Program-made: the position numbers and the translations under genes
Origin: an uncultured Neptunicoccus sp.
GTDB taxonomy: Bacteria; Pseudomonadota; Alphaproteobacteria; Rhodobacterales; Rhodobacteraceae
Direction: 5' to 3'
Length of the DNA: 35,924 bases
Assembly: GCA_964458375.1 (NCBI GenBank)
Contig: CAYWIR010000001.1
Location: forward strand, 1-35,924
Shown here: positions 27,436 to 35,924 of the stretch, one piece after another
Layout of the letters: every line of letters starts with the position of its first letter
Numbering within the stretch: the stretch's first letter is position 1
Notes under the pieces: generated by a model
What the model was told of the DNA's origin: nothing
Seen by the model: only the letters and a program-made list of their open reading frames with translations
The model's database searches: none

Positions 27436-28890
27436 TTAATTGATCCGCTGACCGTTGACCGAGATTCCGCCATTTTCGCTAAAGACGACTTTGGACTTCA
27501 GATGATCTTCTTCGCTTTCGACTGGCACCGCAAAAACGCCCGACATCGCTTTGACCATTTGACCCTGCTGCTGGGGCACCAATCCCATAGTCATCAGCTT
27601 GTCCAACAACCCTATGCCCCCCTTAAGGTTCATCGTCACCGCACCAACAGGCATCGGTGGAAAAGTTGCATTATTCAGGGTCGCTTGCCCACTACCCGTT
27701 AAGGACGCCCCTGCCAAAGACAAGGTGATATCGTTGATCTTAACGGCATCGACTTCTACAGGTGTCGCGCCAGATTTAAGGTTAAACTGCATCACATCCA
27801 CCAGCCATTTCATCTGGGCCGATACATCAATGTTCAGGGTGGCTGGCGCGCGGGGTAGAATACCAGTCGGGTCAAACATACCCCAAATCGTGTCCGACAA
27901 AACGACATCATTCAGCGCCATGTTCATCCGCGCAGGCAATGGCGTATCTGATTGTTTAAGCGGGCCGTTCAGAACGGTTTTCCCAGACCCAATAGACACC
28001 TGCATCGGCGGCAAAGGCATACCCACAAACTGCGCATCCATTTTGGTGCCACTGCCATTCAGTTCAAACTGAAACGATCCATCTGCTACTCCATACGTCC
28101 CAGTAGCCCCTTTGGTTTGCGATACACCTTCGATGGTCATACCATTGGTCTTGATCCAGAAATCGCGATCCGTACGGGATGATGAAAACGCGGCCAAAAC
28201 ACTCTGCTCGCCACTAATGAACCCCGAAAAGTCCCCGTTTTGCGGCATTCGCGCGGTCACCTGAGTGGCCATATCATAAGTGACCGTTTTAACAGTGGAT
28301 TGCGCACCATCTGCCTTTTGGATTTGCGTTAGCTCCATCTTGTCAATCTGACTGGAACCCTCCAATGAAAACATATCCCCAGACGGCACCCGCGTTGATG
28401 TTCCAGACAAACCTGTCAGGGCCATCTTCGCTTCACTGCCATCTAGCGGGATCAGCACATCACCCGAGACTGTTTCAATCGAATACGTGGAAACACGCGC
28501 TTCCTTTGGACCAGACACGATATGTTCAACACCCGTAAAATTCAGGTCATAGTTCAAGGTTTGGCTTTGCTCTCCGATCGCCATTGTCAGTGTCGTCGTT
28601 AGACTATCAGGATATGTCACAGACACGCGCCCATCGCCCAACTCATTGGCATTCAGAAAGGCCATGTTGATCGTTCCCAGTTCAAACGGCAATCCAATAG
28701 CTAAATCGCGCCATTCCGCCTGTGATCCGCTTTCGGATTTTGATCCAACTTCAACGGTTGCGCCATACACTTGCAGGGACTGAACAAGCTCGTCCAAAAC
28801 CTCATTCGCCAACTCTTGCCCAAAACTTGGGGTGGCGAGGGCGGCAGCAACCACTGCCCCCCGTGAAATATGTTTGAAATTCATACGCAT
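27436..28890 (-). CDS. Exported protein, DUF2125-like
   Basis: Signal peptide; IWGMFDP.GILPR.PA and C-terminal GLLDKL..MGL...SVNGQRI resemble Rhodobacterales DUF2125 proteins; AGGAG SD before ATG 28890. Confidence 0.7.
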   Translation of the reverse strand: MRMNFKHISRGAVVAAALATPSFGQELANEVLDELVQSLQVYGATVEVGSKSESGSQAEWRDLAIGLPFELGTINMAFLNANELGDGRVSVTYPDSLTTTLTMAIGEQSQTLNYDLNFTGVEHIVSGPKEARVSTYSIETVSGDVLIPLDGSEAKMALTGLSGTSTRVPSGDMFSLEGSSQIDKMELTQIQKADGAQSTVKTVTYDMATQVTARMPQNGDFSGFISGEQSVLAAFSSSRTDRDFWIKTNGMTIEGVSQTKGATGTYGVADGSFQFELNGSGTKMDAQFVGMPLPPMQVSIGSGKTVLNGPLKQSDTPLPARMNMALNDVVLSDTIWGMFDPTGILPRAPATLNIDVSAQMKWLVDVMQFNLKSGATPVEVDAVKINDITLSLAGASLTGSGQATLNNATFPPMPVGAVTMNLKGGIGLLDKLMTMGLVPQQQGQMVKAMSGVFAVPVESEEDHLKSKVVFSENGGISVNGQRIN

Positions 28891-28996
28891 AAACACTCCT
28901 ATTTTTTAAAAAATTTTACACCGCTGAGAAAATAATTGCATTTTGGCCCAGCATGCCCTTTGTAACCAAAGATAAGAAACTGAAGGGGGAACCACA

Positions 28997-30118
28997 ATGG
29001 CCTGGTCACCAGATAAAACCGAAGTCAAAAGCTGGAACGAATGGGACCCACTGCGCCACGTTATCGTTGGCCGCGCTGACGACTGCCATATCCCCCCAGA
29101 AGAACCCGCACTTGATGCCAAAGTCCCCGAAGATTCTGACATGCGCGGCCAATGGGGTCGTCGCCCGCAAGAAACAATCGACAAAGCGAACGAACTGCTC
29201 GACAACTTCGCATCCCTTTTGGAAAAGCGCGGCATCCGCGTAGATCGCCCAACACCGACCGATTTTTCCAAACCCGCCACGACCCCTGACTTTCACACCG
29301 ACAGCCAATTCGGCTGTATGCCACCGCGCGACGTGTTGCTGACCGTGGGTCACGAAATCCTAGAAGCAACGATGTCCTATCGCTGCCGCTGGTTCGAATA
29401 CCTGTGCTACCGCCCGCTGATGCAACAGTATTGGGAAGAAGACACTAATTTCCGCCACGAAGCCGCACCAAAGCCACGCCTGACAGATGCGGACTATCAC
29501 CCTGACTACCTGTCAGACAAAATCGGCAACGCACAGCGTTTGAAATGGGCAGAAGAAAAATTCTTCGTCACAACCGAAGAAGAACCCCTGTTCGACGCCG
29601 CCGATGTGTTGCGCTTTGGCAAGGACCTTGTGGTCCAGCACGGGTTCACAACGAACCTAAAGGGCATTGAATGGCTGCGCCGTCACTTCCCCGATCACCG
29701 CGTCCACACGGTAAACTTCCCAGGGGACCCTTACCCAATCCACATTGACGCAACCTTCACACCGCTGCGCCCAGGATTGATCCTCAACAACCCACAGCGC
29801 CGCCTGCCAGAAGAACAACGCAAGATGTTCAACGACAACGGCTGGGAAATCGTCGATGCGGCGCAACCCGCACACAACGCACCACCCCCCCTTTGTTATT
29901 CCTCAACTTGGCTGTCCATGAACGTTCTGGCCCTAGACCCCAAAACGGTCTGCGTCGAAGCAACCGAAGTCTACCAGCAGGAACAATTCGACAAACTCGG
30001 TCTCGAAGTGATCCCCGTAGACCTGCGCGACGCCTATGCCTTTGGCGGTGGCCTGCATTGCTGCACCGCCGACGTCTACCGCGAAGGCGATTGCGAAGAC
30101 TACTTCCCCAAGCAGTAA
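28997..30118 (+). CDS. Amidinotransferase (L-arginine:glycine / inosamine-phosphate amidinotransferase family)
   Basis: SWNEWDPL...VG, PRD, FDAADV.RFGKD (Asp), HIDATF (His), WLSMN, GGGLHCCT (Cys); GGGGGA SD. Confidence 0.88.
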   Translation: MAWSPDKTEVKSWNEWDPLRHVIVGRADDCHIPPEEPALDAKVPEDSDMRGQWGRRPQETIDKANELLDNFASLLEKRGIRVDRPTPTDFSKPATTPDFHTDSQFGCMPPRDVLLTVGHEILEATMSYRCRWFEYLCYRPLMQQYWEEDTNFRHEAAPKPRLTDADYHPDYLSDKIGNAQRLKWAEEKFFVTTEEEPLFDAADVLRFGKDLVVQHGFTTNLKGIEWLRRHFPDHRVHTVNFPGDPYPIHIDATFTPLRPGLILNNPQRRLPEEQRKMFNDNGWEIVDAAQPAHNAPPPLCYSSTWLSMNVLALDPKTVCVEATEVYQQEQFDKLGLEVIPVDLRDAYAFGGGLHCCTADVYREGDCEDYFPKQ

Positions 30119-30197
30119 GCCAACAAACGGCAGCAATCCGTTAAGGGTTGCTCCCTTCGCCATAATCTAGGATGCTTCTTGAAAGAGGAGCATCTTC

Positions 30198-30455
30198 ATG
30201 GGCATCACCAGCATTATCGCACTCATCATTGTCGGCGCTATCGCGGGCTGGCTTGCAGGGCAAATCGTCAAAGGTTTCGGCTTTGGCTTGGTTGGCAATA
30301 TTGCCGTCGGCATTGTTGGCGCATTTATCGCCACGTTGATCCTGCCCCGCATTGGTCTCACGATCGGCGGTGGCCTGCTTGGCAACATCATCAACGCCAC
30401 CATCGGGTCTGTGATCCTGTTGTTCGTCATCCGACTTGTCCGAAAAGGCGGCTAA
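30198..30455 (+). CDS. GlsB/YeaQ/YmgE (transglycosylase-associated) small membrane protein
   Basis: IIVGAIAGWLAG...GFGLVGNIAVGIVGAFI...ATIGSVILL; GAGGAG SD. Confidence 0.92.
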   Translation: MGITSIIALIIVGAIAGWLAGQIVKGFGFGLVGNIAVGIVGAFIATLILPRIGLTIGGGLLGNIINATIGSVILLFVIRLVRKGG

Positions 30456-30458
30456 CCC

Positions 30459-31289
30459 ATGGCGCCTACAGTCACCCCCATGACAGGCACCGTCGGCGCA
30501 GAGCTGACGAACGTGGACGTGCGTAATGACGATCATTGGCCGATCATCCGCCAAGCCTTCATCGACCACTCCGTCATCACCCTGCGCGGGCAATCCATCA
30601 CCCCCGATGACCACATCGCCTTTGCCCAACGCTGGGGCGACATCAACGTGAACCGCTTCTTTACGCCGCTCGACACGCATCCAAACATTGCCGTGGTGTT
30701 GAAAGAAGCCGATCAAACCACCGCCATCGGCGAGATGTGGCACACTGACCATTCCTATGACACCGCACCAGCCATGTGTTCCATTCTGCACGCAATCGAA
30801 TTGCCAGAATACGGCGGCGACACCTGCTTTTCTTCGCAATACGCAGCTTATGACGCATTGTCTGAACCGATGAAGGCCTTCCTTGGCGGGCTCAACGCAT
30901 GGCACTCCTCACGCCACGCCTTTGGCGCGGTCACGCTTGACCATGAACAGGCCAAGGGCGGCCGTTTGCATAATCAAGACAAAGCCACCCAAGACGCCCT
31001 GCATCCCGTGGTCATCACCCACCCACTGTCTGGACGCAAAGCTCTCTATGTGAACCCCGATTTCACGACCCACATCGACGGGCTGGACACAGCAGAATCA
31101 AAGGCCCTGCTCGCCTTTCTGTTTGATCACTGCCAAAACGCCGATTTCCAATGCCGCGTCCGTTGGCAACAGGGCGACATCACCATGTGGGACAACCGCG
31201 CGCTGTGGCACAAAGCCATCAACGACTACGCAGGCCACCGCCGCTACATGCACCGCATCACGGTAGAAGGCTGCGCGTTGACGCCTTGA
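30459..31289 (+). CDS. TauD/TfdA-family Fe(II)/2-oxoglutarate dioxygenase
   Basis: WHTD (HxD), GGDT.F, HPVV.THP.SGRKALYVN, WDNR..WH (distal His), terminal R...R. Confidence 0.92.
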   Translation: MAPTVTPMTGTVGAELTNVDVRNDDHWPIIRQAFIDHSVITLRGQSITPDDHIAFAQRWGDINVNRFFTPLDTHPNIAVVLKEADQTTAIGEMWHTDHSYDTAPAMCSILHAIELPEYGGDTCFSSQYAAYDALSEPMKAFLGGLNAWHSSRHAFGAVTLDHEQAKGGRLHNQDKATQDALHPVVITHPLSGRKALYVNPDFTTHIDGLDTAESKALLAFLFDHCQNADFQCRVRWQQGDITMWDNRALWHKAINDYAGHRRYMHRITVEGCALTP

Positions 31290-31351
31290 ACAGGGTGCTC
31301 AACAGCCTCCATTCCCTCTGAAATCAACGCCAAAGCCTCATCAATGAACCG

Positions 31352-32143
31352 CTACCGACCAAAGGTCGTAGAGGCCCACCAGCTCTGATAAAAATGCTCG
31401 CTGCTTTTGGGCAGCCGTTCTATCCAGACAGAATTCAGCAACACCTTGCTCCCCGCCTCAAAACGCACAGTCGCCTTGCCGCTGCCATTGGTCTGCACAC
31501 GCGTCTGTTTTGTCTCACCTCTTTTGGTGAAAACGTTGATCGGGTAATTCGGCACTGGCATCCCGTCGCGCAGCAATTGGACCGTCACGGAACTATCCCC
31601 GTCATAGGGCGAGCCTTCAACAACCAGCTCAAACGGCATCCCAAAGGCCCGATCCTCGCCCCCAGCATACGGCCCGACTTGCACCAATGTTTTGGCATTG
31701 CGGGTGTAAATTTCGGATATCCCCACCTCGGGCAAGCCATCTTCGCGGTGTTTCTTCAACACAAAATCCAAGCCCTCGGCCTTTAGATAGGTCGCCAGCA
31801 GGTCTGGTTTTGACTCTCTAAACTTCAGCGTATCTGGCTTTGAATGATAGGCCAGCACCTGCAATCCCGTTTCAGGCGCAGTGTCTTGATAGGCTGGGCG
31901 ATCCCCTGCGCGACCTGTGTATTTCGTGGTCTTTCCGCCTGCGTTTACATCGAACGATTTGAACCGCTGTTTCACATAAGGGTACTGCGAACCGCCAAAA
32001 TCTTGCCCAACGCGCAGTTCAACCAAAACAGGCTGTCCCGCGTCCACGGTATAGTCTTTTGCTTCCAGCCAAAATTCATGTGCCGCCAATGGACCAGCCA
32101 TCAGAAATGCCATAGAAATAACGAAACCTTGAAACGTAACCAC
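31352..32143 (-). CDS. DUF4198-family periplasmic protein
   Basis: Signal peptide ending AA-HEFWLE, E.Y.R.AKTLV, GMPFELV...PY, T...G.A, S.WASTTF; GTG start at 32143 with a GAAAGGA SD. Confidence 0.8.
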   Translation of the reverse strand: MVTFQGFVISMAFLMAGPLAAHEFWLEAKDYTVDAGQPVLVELRVGQDFGGSQYPYVKQRFKSFDVNAGGKTTKYTGRAGDRPAYQDTAPETGLQVLAYHSKPDTLKFRESKPDLLATYLKAEGLDFVLKKHREDGLPEVGISEIYTRNAKTLVQVGPYAGGEDRAFGMPFELVVEGSPYDGDSSVTVQLLRDGMPVPNYPINVFTKRGETKQTRVQTNGSGKATVRFEAGSKVLLNSVWIERLPKSSEHFYQSWWASTTFGR

Positions 32144-32162
32144 AGTAGATCCTTTCAAAACA

Positions 32163-33311
32163 ATGACGTCATTCAAATATAGCGCTCTACGCACCTTTGC
32201 CATCCTTTTCAGTGTAATTGTGATGGCCTTCCCCGCCCACGCTCACGAAAACGCACCTGCGATCATCGACATGACCGTTGATGGAACAAATGTCACCCTG
32301 TCGATTGATGTGAACGTTGAATCACTCGTGTCTGGCACCGCCGACGAAGACTTCAGCGGTGAAACCGAAGAAGGCGCCGAAGAATACTTGCGCCTGCGTG
32401 ACTTATCCGCCGCCGACCTTGCCACCGCGTTCGCACCTTTTGCAGACACCTACACAAAGGGTCTGCAAATCATGGTGGACGGCGCCCCCGTCACACTGAC
32501 CGCGCAAACGCCACAAATCCCTGAAACAGGTGATGTGGCCAAAGCACGGATTTCAACGCTCGCGTTCACAGGTACATTGCCGTCCGCTGGCGAAATGACA
32601 TGGACCTACCCACCAGAATTTGGCGACAGCGTCCTGCGTGTCATTGTTCCTAGCAGCGCAGAATTTCCTGAACCCACACTGGCCGATTTCGTTCCACGGG
32701 ACACAACCGCAACCGTCGACCTTGCTAACATTGCACCCCAATCATTGGGCCAAGTGTTCATCGATTACATCATTGCGGGCTTTGACCACATCATACCCAA
32801 GGGTCTCGACCACATTCTGTTTGTCATCGGCCTGTTCCTCTTGTCCACGCAGCTGCGCCCGCTGTTGTTGCAGGTCACCATGTTCACTCTGGCTCACACC
32901 ATCACACTGGCGCTTGGCGCACTTGGATACGTCAACATCCCTGGCAACATCGTGGAACCCTTAATCGCAGCCTCCATCGTGTTCATTGCGGTTGAAAACA
33001 TATTCACCGACAAACTTACCCCATGGCGTCCCTTTGTGATCTTTGCTTTTGGCTTGTTGCACGGCCTCGGCTTTGCCTCCGTTCTCGGTGATTTCGGCCT
33101 ACCATCTGGTCAGTTCATCCCAGCCCTAATCGCCTTCAACATCGGTGTAGAGGTCGGCCAACTCGCCGTTATCGCGCTTTGCTTCTTGGCTGTTGGCATC
33201 TGGTTCCGCAACAAAGACTGGTATCACAAAGTCATCGTGATCCCAGCTTCCCTCGCCATCGCCATTCTGGCGTTTTATTGGGTGCTGGAACGCACAGGTA
33301 TGCTCGGCTAG
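32163..33311 (+). CDS. HupE/UreJ-family membrane protein with an N-terminal periplasmic domain
   Basis: Signal peptide AHA-HE; GFDHI.P.GLDHILF, FTLAHTITL, VEPLIAASI..VEN, FGLLHGLGFA, FNIGVEVGQL. Confidence 0.9.
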   Translation: MTSFKYSALRTFAILFSVIVMAFPAHAHENAPAIIDMTVDGTNVTLSIDVNVESLVSGTADEDFSGETEEGAEEYLRLRDLSAADLATAFAPFADTYTKGLQIMVDGAPVTLTAQTPQIPETGDVAKARISTLAFTGTLPSAGEMTWTYPPEFGDSVLRVIVPSSAEFPEPTLADFVPRDTTATVDLANIAPQSLGQVFIDYIIAGFDHIIPKGLDHILFVIGLFLLSTQLRPLLLQVTMFTLAHTITLALGALGYVNIPGNIVEPLIAASIVFIAVENIFTDKLTPWRPFVIFAFGLLHGLGFASVLGDFGLPSGQFIPALIAFNIGVEVGQLAVIALCFLAVGIWFRNKDWYHKVIVIPASLAIAILAFYWVLERTGMLG

Positions 33312-33325
33312 GTCTGCCTTATCCT

Positions 33326-33360
33326 AAAAACAGTTGGCCACGGGTCTCCCCCGTGGCCGA
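33326..33360 (-). terminator. Rho-independent terminator of the ABC operon, possibly bidirectional
   Basis: Stem GGCCACGGG / CCCGTGGCC (33336-33358); on the minus strand it is followed by AACTGTTTTT. Confidence 0.65.
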
Positions 33361-33364
33361 CGCA

Positions 33365-34522
33365 TCAATGATCTGAATATGGATCAAGCGAGTCTCGCAA
33401 CCCATCCCCTAAAAAGTTGAACGCCAACACCACAAAGATCACAGGCAGCATCGGGATCGCCGTCCACGGATAGATCTCAATCGACGCAAGGTTCTGCGCA
33501 TCGTTCAACATCACACCCCAACTCACCGCAGGTGCGCGCAATCCAAGCCCAAGAAACGACAGGGCCGTTTCACCCAAAATCATCGCAGGGATCGACAGCA
33601 TCGCACTGGCGATCAGGTGGCTTGCAAAATTCGGCAACAGATGCTTTTGGATCACCCGCTTAGGCTTCGCCCCCATCATTTCCGCCGCACGCACAAATTC
33701 TTCTTCGCGCAGCGCCAGAAACTTTGATCGAACCGCCCGCGCCAATCCGGGCCAATCAAGCAATCCCAGAATGATCGAGATAATGAAGAACACCGCCACA
33801 GGTCCCCAATGGCTTGGCACAGCCGCCGACAAAGCCAACCACAGAGGCAGCTCTGGAAGGGATCGCAAAACCTCAATAATGCGGTTCACGGTCCAGTCTG
33901 TTCGCCCCCCGAAATACCCCGCGATACCACCGATAGTGATGCCGAGCACAAAGGACACTGTGATCCCAATCAACCCCACCGTCAGCGACAGCTGCGCACC
34001 ATACAAAATGCGGCTAAAGATATCACGCCCCAGCCGATCCGCGCCCCACAAGAACACGGTCGCCCCTTCGGGTGCGCAAAACAAATGCGTGTCCGACTTG
34101 ATCAACCCAAACAGCTTGTACTCACGCCCCTCACAAAAGAACTCTAACTTTGCAGGGTTCTCTGTGTCTTTGATGTAATTCCACTGAAAGTTCACCAAGT
34201 CAGGCTTGGCCGTAATCGGATAAACATACGGGCCGATGAACTTACCTTCATGCCACAGGTTCAAACTTTGCGGCTGCGCATAAAGATGATCGGCGTTCCG
34301 CTCATTCGGGGTGTAGGGTGAAATGAACCCCGCAAATGGCAGGCTCAGATAGGCCAACAGCAAAAACACACCAGACCAAAACCCCAGCTTGTGCCGTTTA
34401 AACTTACGCCAAATCAACAGCCAGTTCGGCGCATCCAAATCGGGGCGGTCCAACGCCTTGATATCCTCATTCGGATCATAAGGCGCATCATCCACGTAAT
34501 GCTGGTTCGATAGATCGCTCAT
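33365..34522 (-). CDS. ABC transporter permease, DppC/OppC-like
   Basis: WRKFKRHKLG, GADRLGRDIFSRILYG, EAA loop EEFVRAAEMMGA, ETALSFLGLG, FNFLGDGLRD. Confidence 0.93.
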   Translation of the reverse strand: MSDLSNQHYVDDAPYDPNEDIKALDRPDLDAPNWLLIWRKFKRHKLGFWSGVFLLLAYLSLPFAGFISPYTPNERNADHLYAQPQSLNLWHEGKFIGPYVYPITAKPDLVNFQWNYIKDTENPAKLEFFCEGREYKLFGLIKSDTHLFCAPEGATVFLWGADRLGRDIFSRILYGAQLSLTVGLIGITVSFVLGITIGGIAGYFGGRTDWTVNRIIEVLRSLPELPLWLALSAAVPSHWGPVAVFFIISIILGLLDWPGLARAVRSKFLALREEEFVRAAEMMGAKPKRVIQKHLLPNFASHLIASAMLSIPAMILGETALSFLGLGLRAPAVSWGVMLNDAQNLASIEIYPWTAIPMLPVIFVVLAFNFLGDGLRDSLDPYSDH

Positions 34523-35544
34523 TTCCGACCCCCGTATTTAATCCGTGGATCAAGCAGCATCAGCAACACATCCGAAATCATCGTCCCGATCAACGTCAAC
34601 GCCGCCACAAACAGCAGGATAAAGCCCGCCAAAAACTGATCCTGTGACTTAAGCGCCGTCAACAACGCAGGCCCAATCGTTTGCAGACCCAGCACAACGG
34701 ACACCAAAACAGACCCCGAAATCAAAGACGGCAACAGGTTGCCAATGTCCGCCACAAACGGGTTCAGCGCCATGCGAAACGGGTATTTCAACACCCGCTT
34801 CGTCGGCCCAACACCCTTGGCCCGCGCTGTATCCACATAGGGCTTGGACAATTCATCCAGCATATTTGCCCGCAACCGCTGCATCATCGCCGCCGCACCA
34901 GATGTACCAATCACAAAGGTTGGAATGATCAAATGCAGCAACACCGATTTGATCTTTGCAGGGCTCATCGGTTCCCCTTCATATTCTGGTGACATCAACC
35001 CACCAATCGGCAGGTTCAGGTACTTATGCCCATAGTAAAACAGGATCAGCGCCAGCAGAAAGTTCGGCGTCGCCAACCCCAGATACCCCACAAAAGCAGA
35101 GGTGTAATCCACCCAAGTCTTGGACTTCACCGCCGCCAAAATACCCAGCGGCAGCGCCACCAGATACACAAACAGCACAGCCGCCACATTGACCAAAACC
35201 GTCAACCACAACGCACTGCCCACAATTTCCGATACGGGACGGTCAAATTCAAACGACCAACCAAAATCTCCTTGGATGATGCCTGAAAACCCATGCGGCC
35301 CTGGAAAGAACCCCATCCAAATCAGGTACTGTTTCCACAACGGCTGATCGAGGGAATATTCCTTTCGCAGAAACTCCACTTTCGCAATCCCGTCCGATTG
35401 CCCAGTGGCCTGTAATTCTGCGATCAAGTTCGACAGATAATCCCCCGGCGGCAGGTTCATGATGAAGAACACCAGCGCCGACACAACCACCAGCGTCGCC
35501 AGCATCGTGATAAACCGATAGATGGAATAAACCAAAATTTGCAT
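34519..35544 (-). CDS. ABC transporter permease, DppB/OppB-like
   Basis: LPPGD, LDQP...QY, GDFG.S, PNF, YVDTARAKG, SDVLL.LLDPRI; ATGA overlap with the downstream permease. Confidence 0.93.
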   Translation of the reverse strand: MQILVYSIYRFITMLATLVVVSALVFFIMNLPPGDYLSNLIAELQATGQSDGIAKVEFLRKEYSLDQPLWKQYLIWMGFFPGPHGFSGIIQGDFGWSFEFDRPVSEIVGSALWLTVLVNVAAVLFVYLVALPLGILAAVKSKTWVDYTSAFVGYLGLATPNFLLALILFYYGHKYLNLPIGGLMSPEYEGEPMSPAKIKSVLLHLIIPTFVIGTSGAAAMMQRLRANMLDELSKPYVDTARAKGVGPTKRVLKYPFRMALNPFVADIGNLLPSLISGSVLVSVVLGLQTIGPALLTALKSQDQFLAGFILLFVAALTLIGTMISDVLLMLLDPRIKYGGRK

Positions 35545-35924
35545 CAGTTCGTGCCCTGCGTGCTAAAGTAAAACTCATCCATCCGATGAATGCCAAAATG
35601 CGCACCCGGGTCCCACGCCCACAGGCCGACCTTTGGCACATTTTTCAACTTCTTGGACACAACAACTGGCTGTGGCGCTTCTGCCAAAATACCGATCGCG
35701 TACATTTCTTCCGCATGGATTTGCAGCATCTCTTCCCAAATGGCCGCGCGCTTTGCCTCATCCGTGGTTTTCTCCCACTCTTTGGACAACAGCATCAACC
35801 GTGCAGGCATCGGCATATCAATCGCCTCACCTGCTTGCCCGCCGGTTTGGTGATATTGCCCCCACTTTGGCCAACTAAAGAAATCTTGCGCCCGTGGTGC
35901 AAGGTATTCAGGCGACGTTCCAGC
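35544..35924 (-). CDS. ABC transporter substrate-binding protein, family 5, C-terminal part (5'-truncated by window edge)
   Basis: Frame is open to the window edge (AGTSPEYLAPRAQDFFSWPKWGQYHQTGG...IWEEMLQIHAE...LKNVP...WDPGAHFGIHRMDEFYF); 1-nt overlap (TGATG) with the permease. Confidence 0.85.
   Translation of the reverse strand, partial: AGTSPEYLAPRAQDFFSWPKWGQYHQTGGQAGEAIDMPMPARLMLLSKEWEKTTDEAKRAAIWEEMLQIHAEEMYAIGILAEAPQPVVVSKKLKNVPKVGLWAWDPGAHFGIHRMDEFYFSTQGTN

Noticed and set aside
28897-28996. Guanidine riboswitch or ARG box upstream of the amidinotransferase
   Set aside because: No ykkC, mini-ykkC (ACGR loops) or ykkC-III features are visible; the AT-rich dyads match an ARG box only weakly.
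1-35924. CRISPR arrays, tRNA/rRNA genes, IS elements, prophage or defence genes
   Set aside because: No regularly spaced repeats, cloverleaf/TpsiC motifs, transposase, integrase or nuclease signatures were seen; intergenic spaces are too short for arrays or IS elements.

Overview
Gene-dense chromosomal window, probably from a marine Rhodobacterales (roseobacter-group) alphaproteobacterium; the taxonomy is inferred from gene content and order. The housekeeping backbone is a partial SulP transporter, serC-serA, alkB, mutY/DUF721/DsbA, a CaiB-family CoA transferase, lpxK-waaA-CysQ/IMPase-pmbA, a DUF2125-like protein and part of a Dpp/Opp-type ABC operon. The most interesting element is a ~10.3 kb IclR-associated catabolic cluster (4699-14990). 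It combines a tripartite tricarboxylate transporter whose binding protein has an atypical acidic ligand loop, an aldehyde dehydrogenase, an ETNPPL/PHYKPL-like PLP phospho-lyase, an APH/hydroxylysine-kinase-like kinase, a stand-alone Tm-1-like (UPF0261) protein and a divergent omega-transaminase. This reads as a kinase/phospho-lyase pathway for an unknown hydroxylated amine. Other accessory pieces are a PaaX/PaaI/class V aminotransferase/3-hydroxyacyl-CoA dehydrogenase block, an AGAT-like amidinotransferase followed by GlsB/YeaQ and TauD-family genes, and a divergent DUF4198-HupE/UreJ pair. I saw no tRNA, rRNA, CRISPR array, transposase or integrase. All calls are from motif recognition by eye; no database searches were run.
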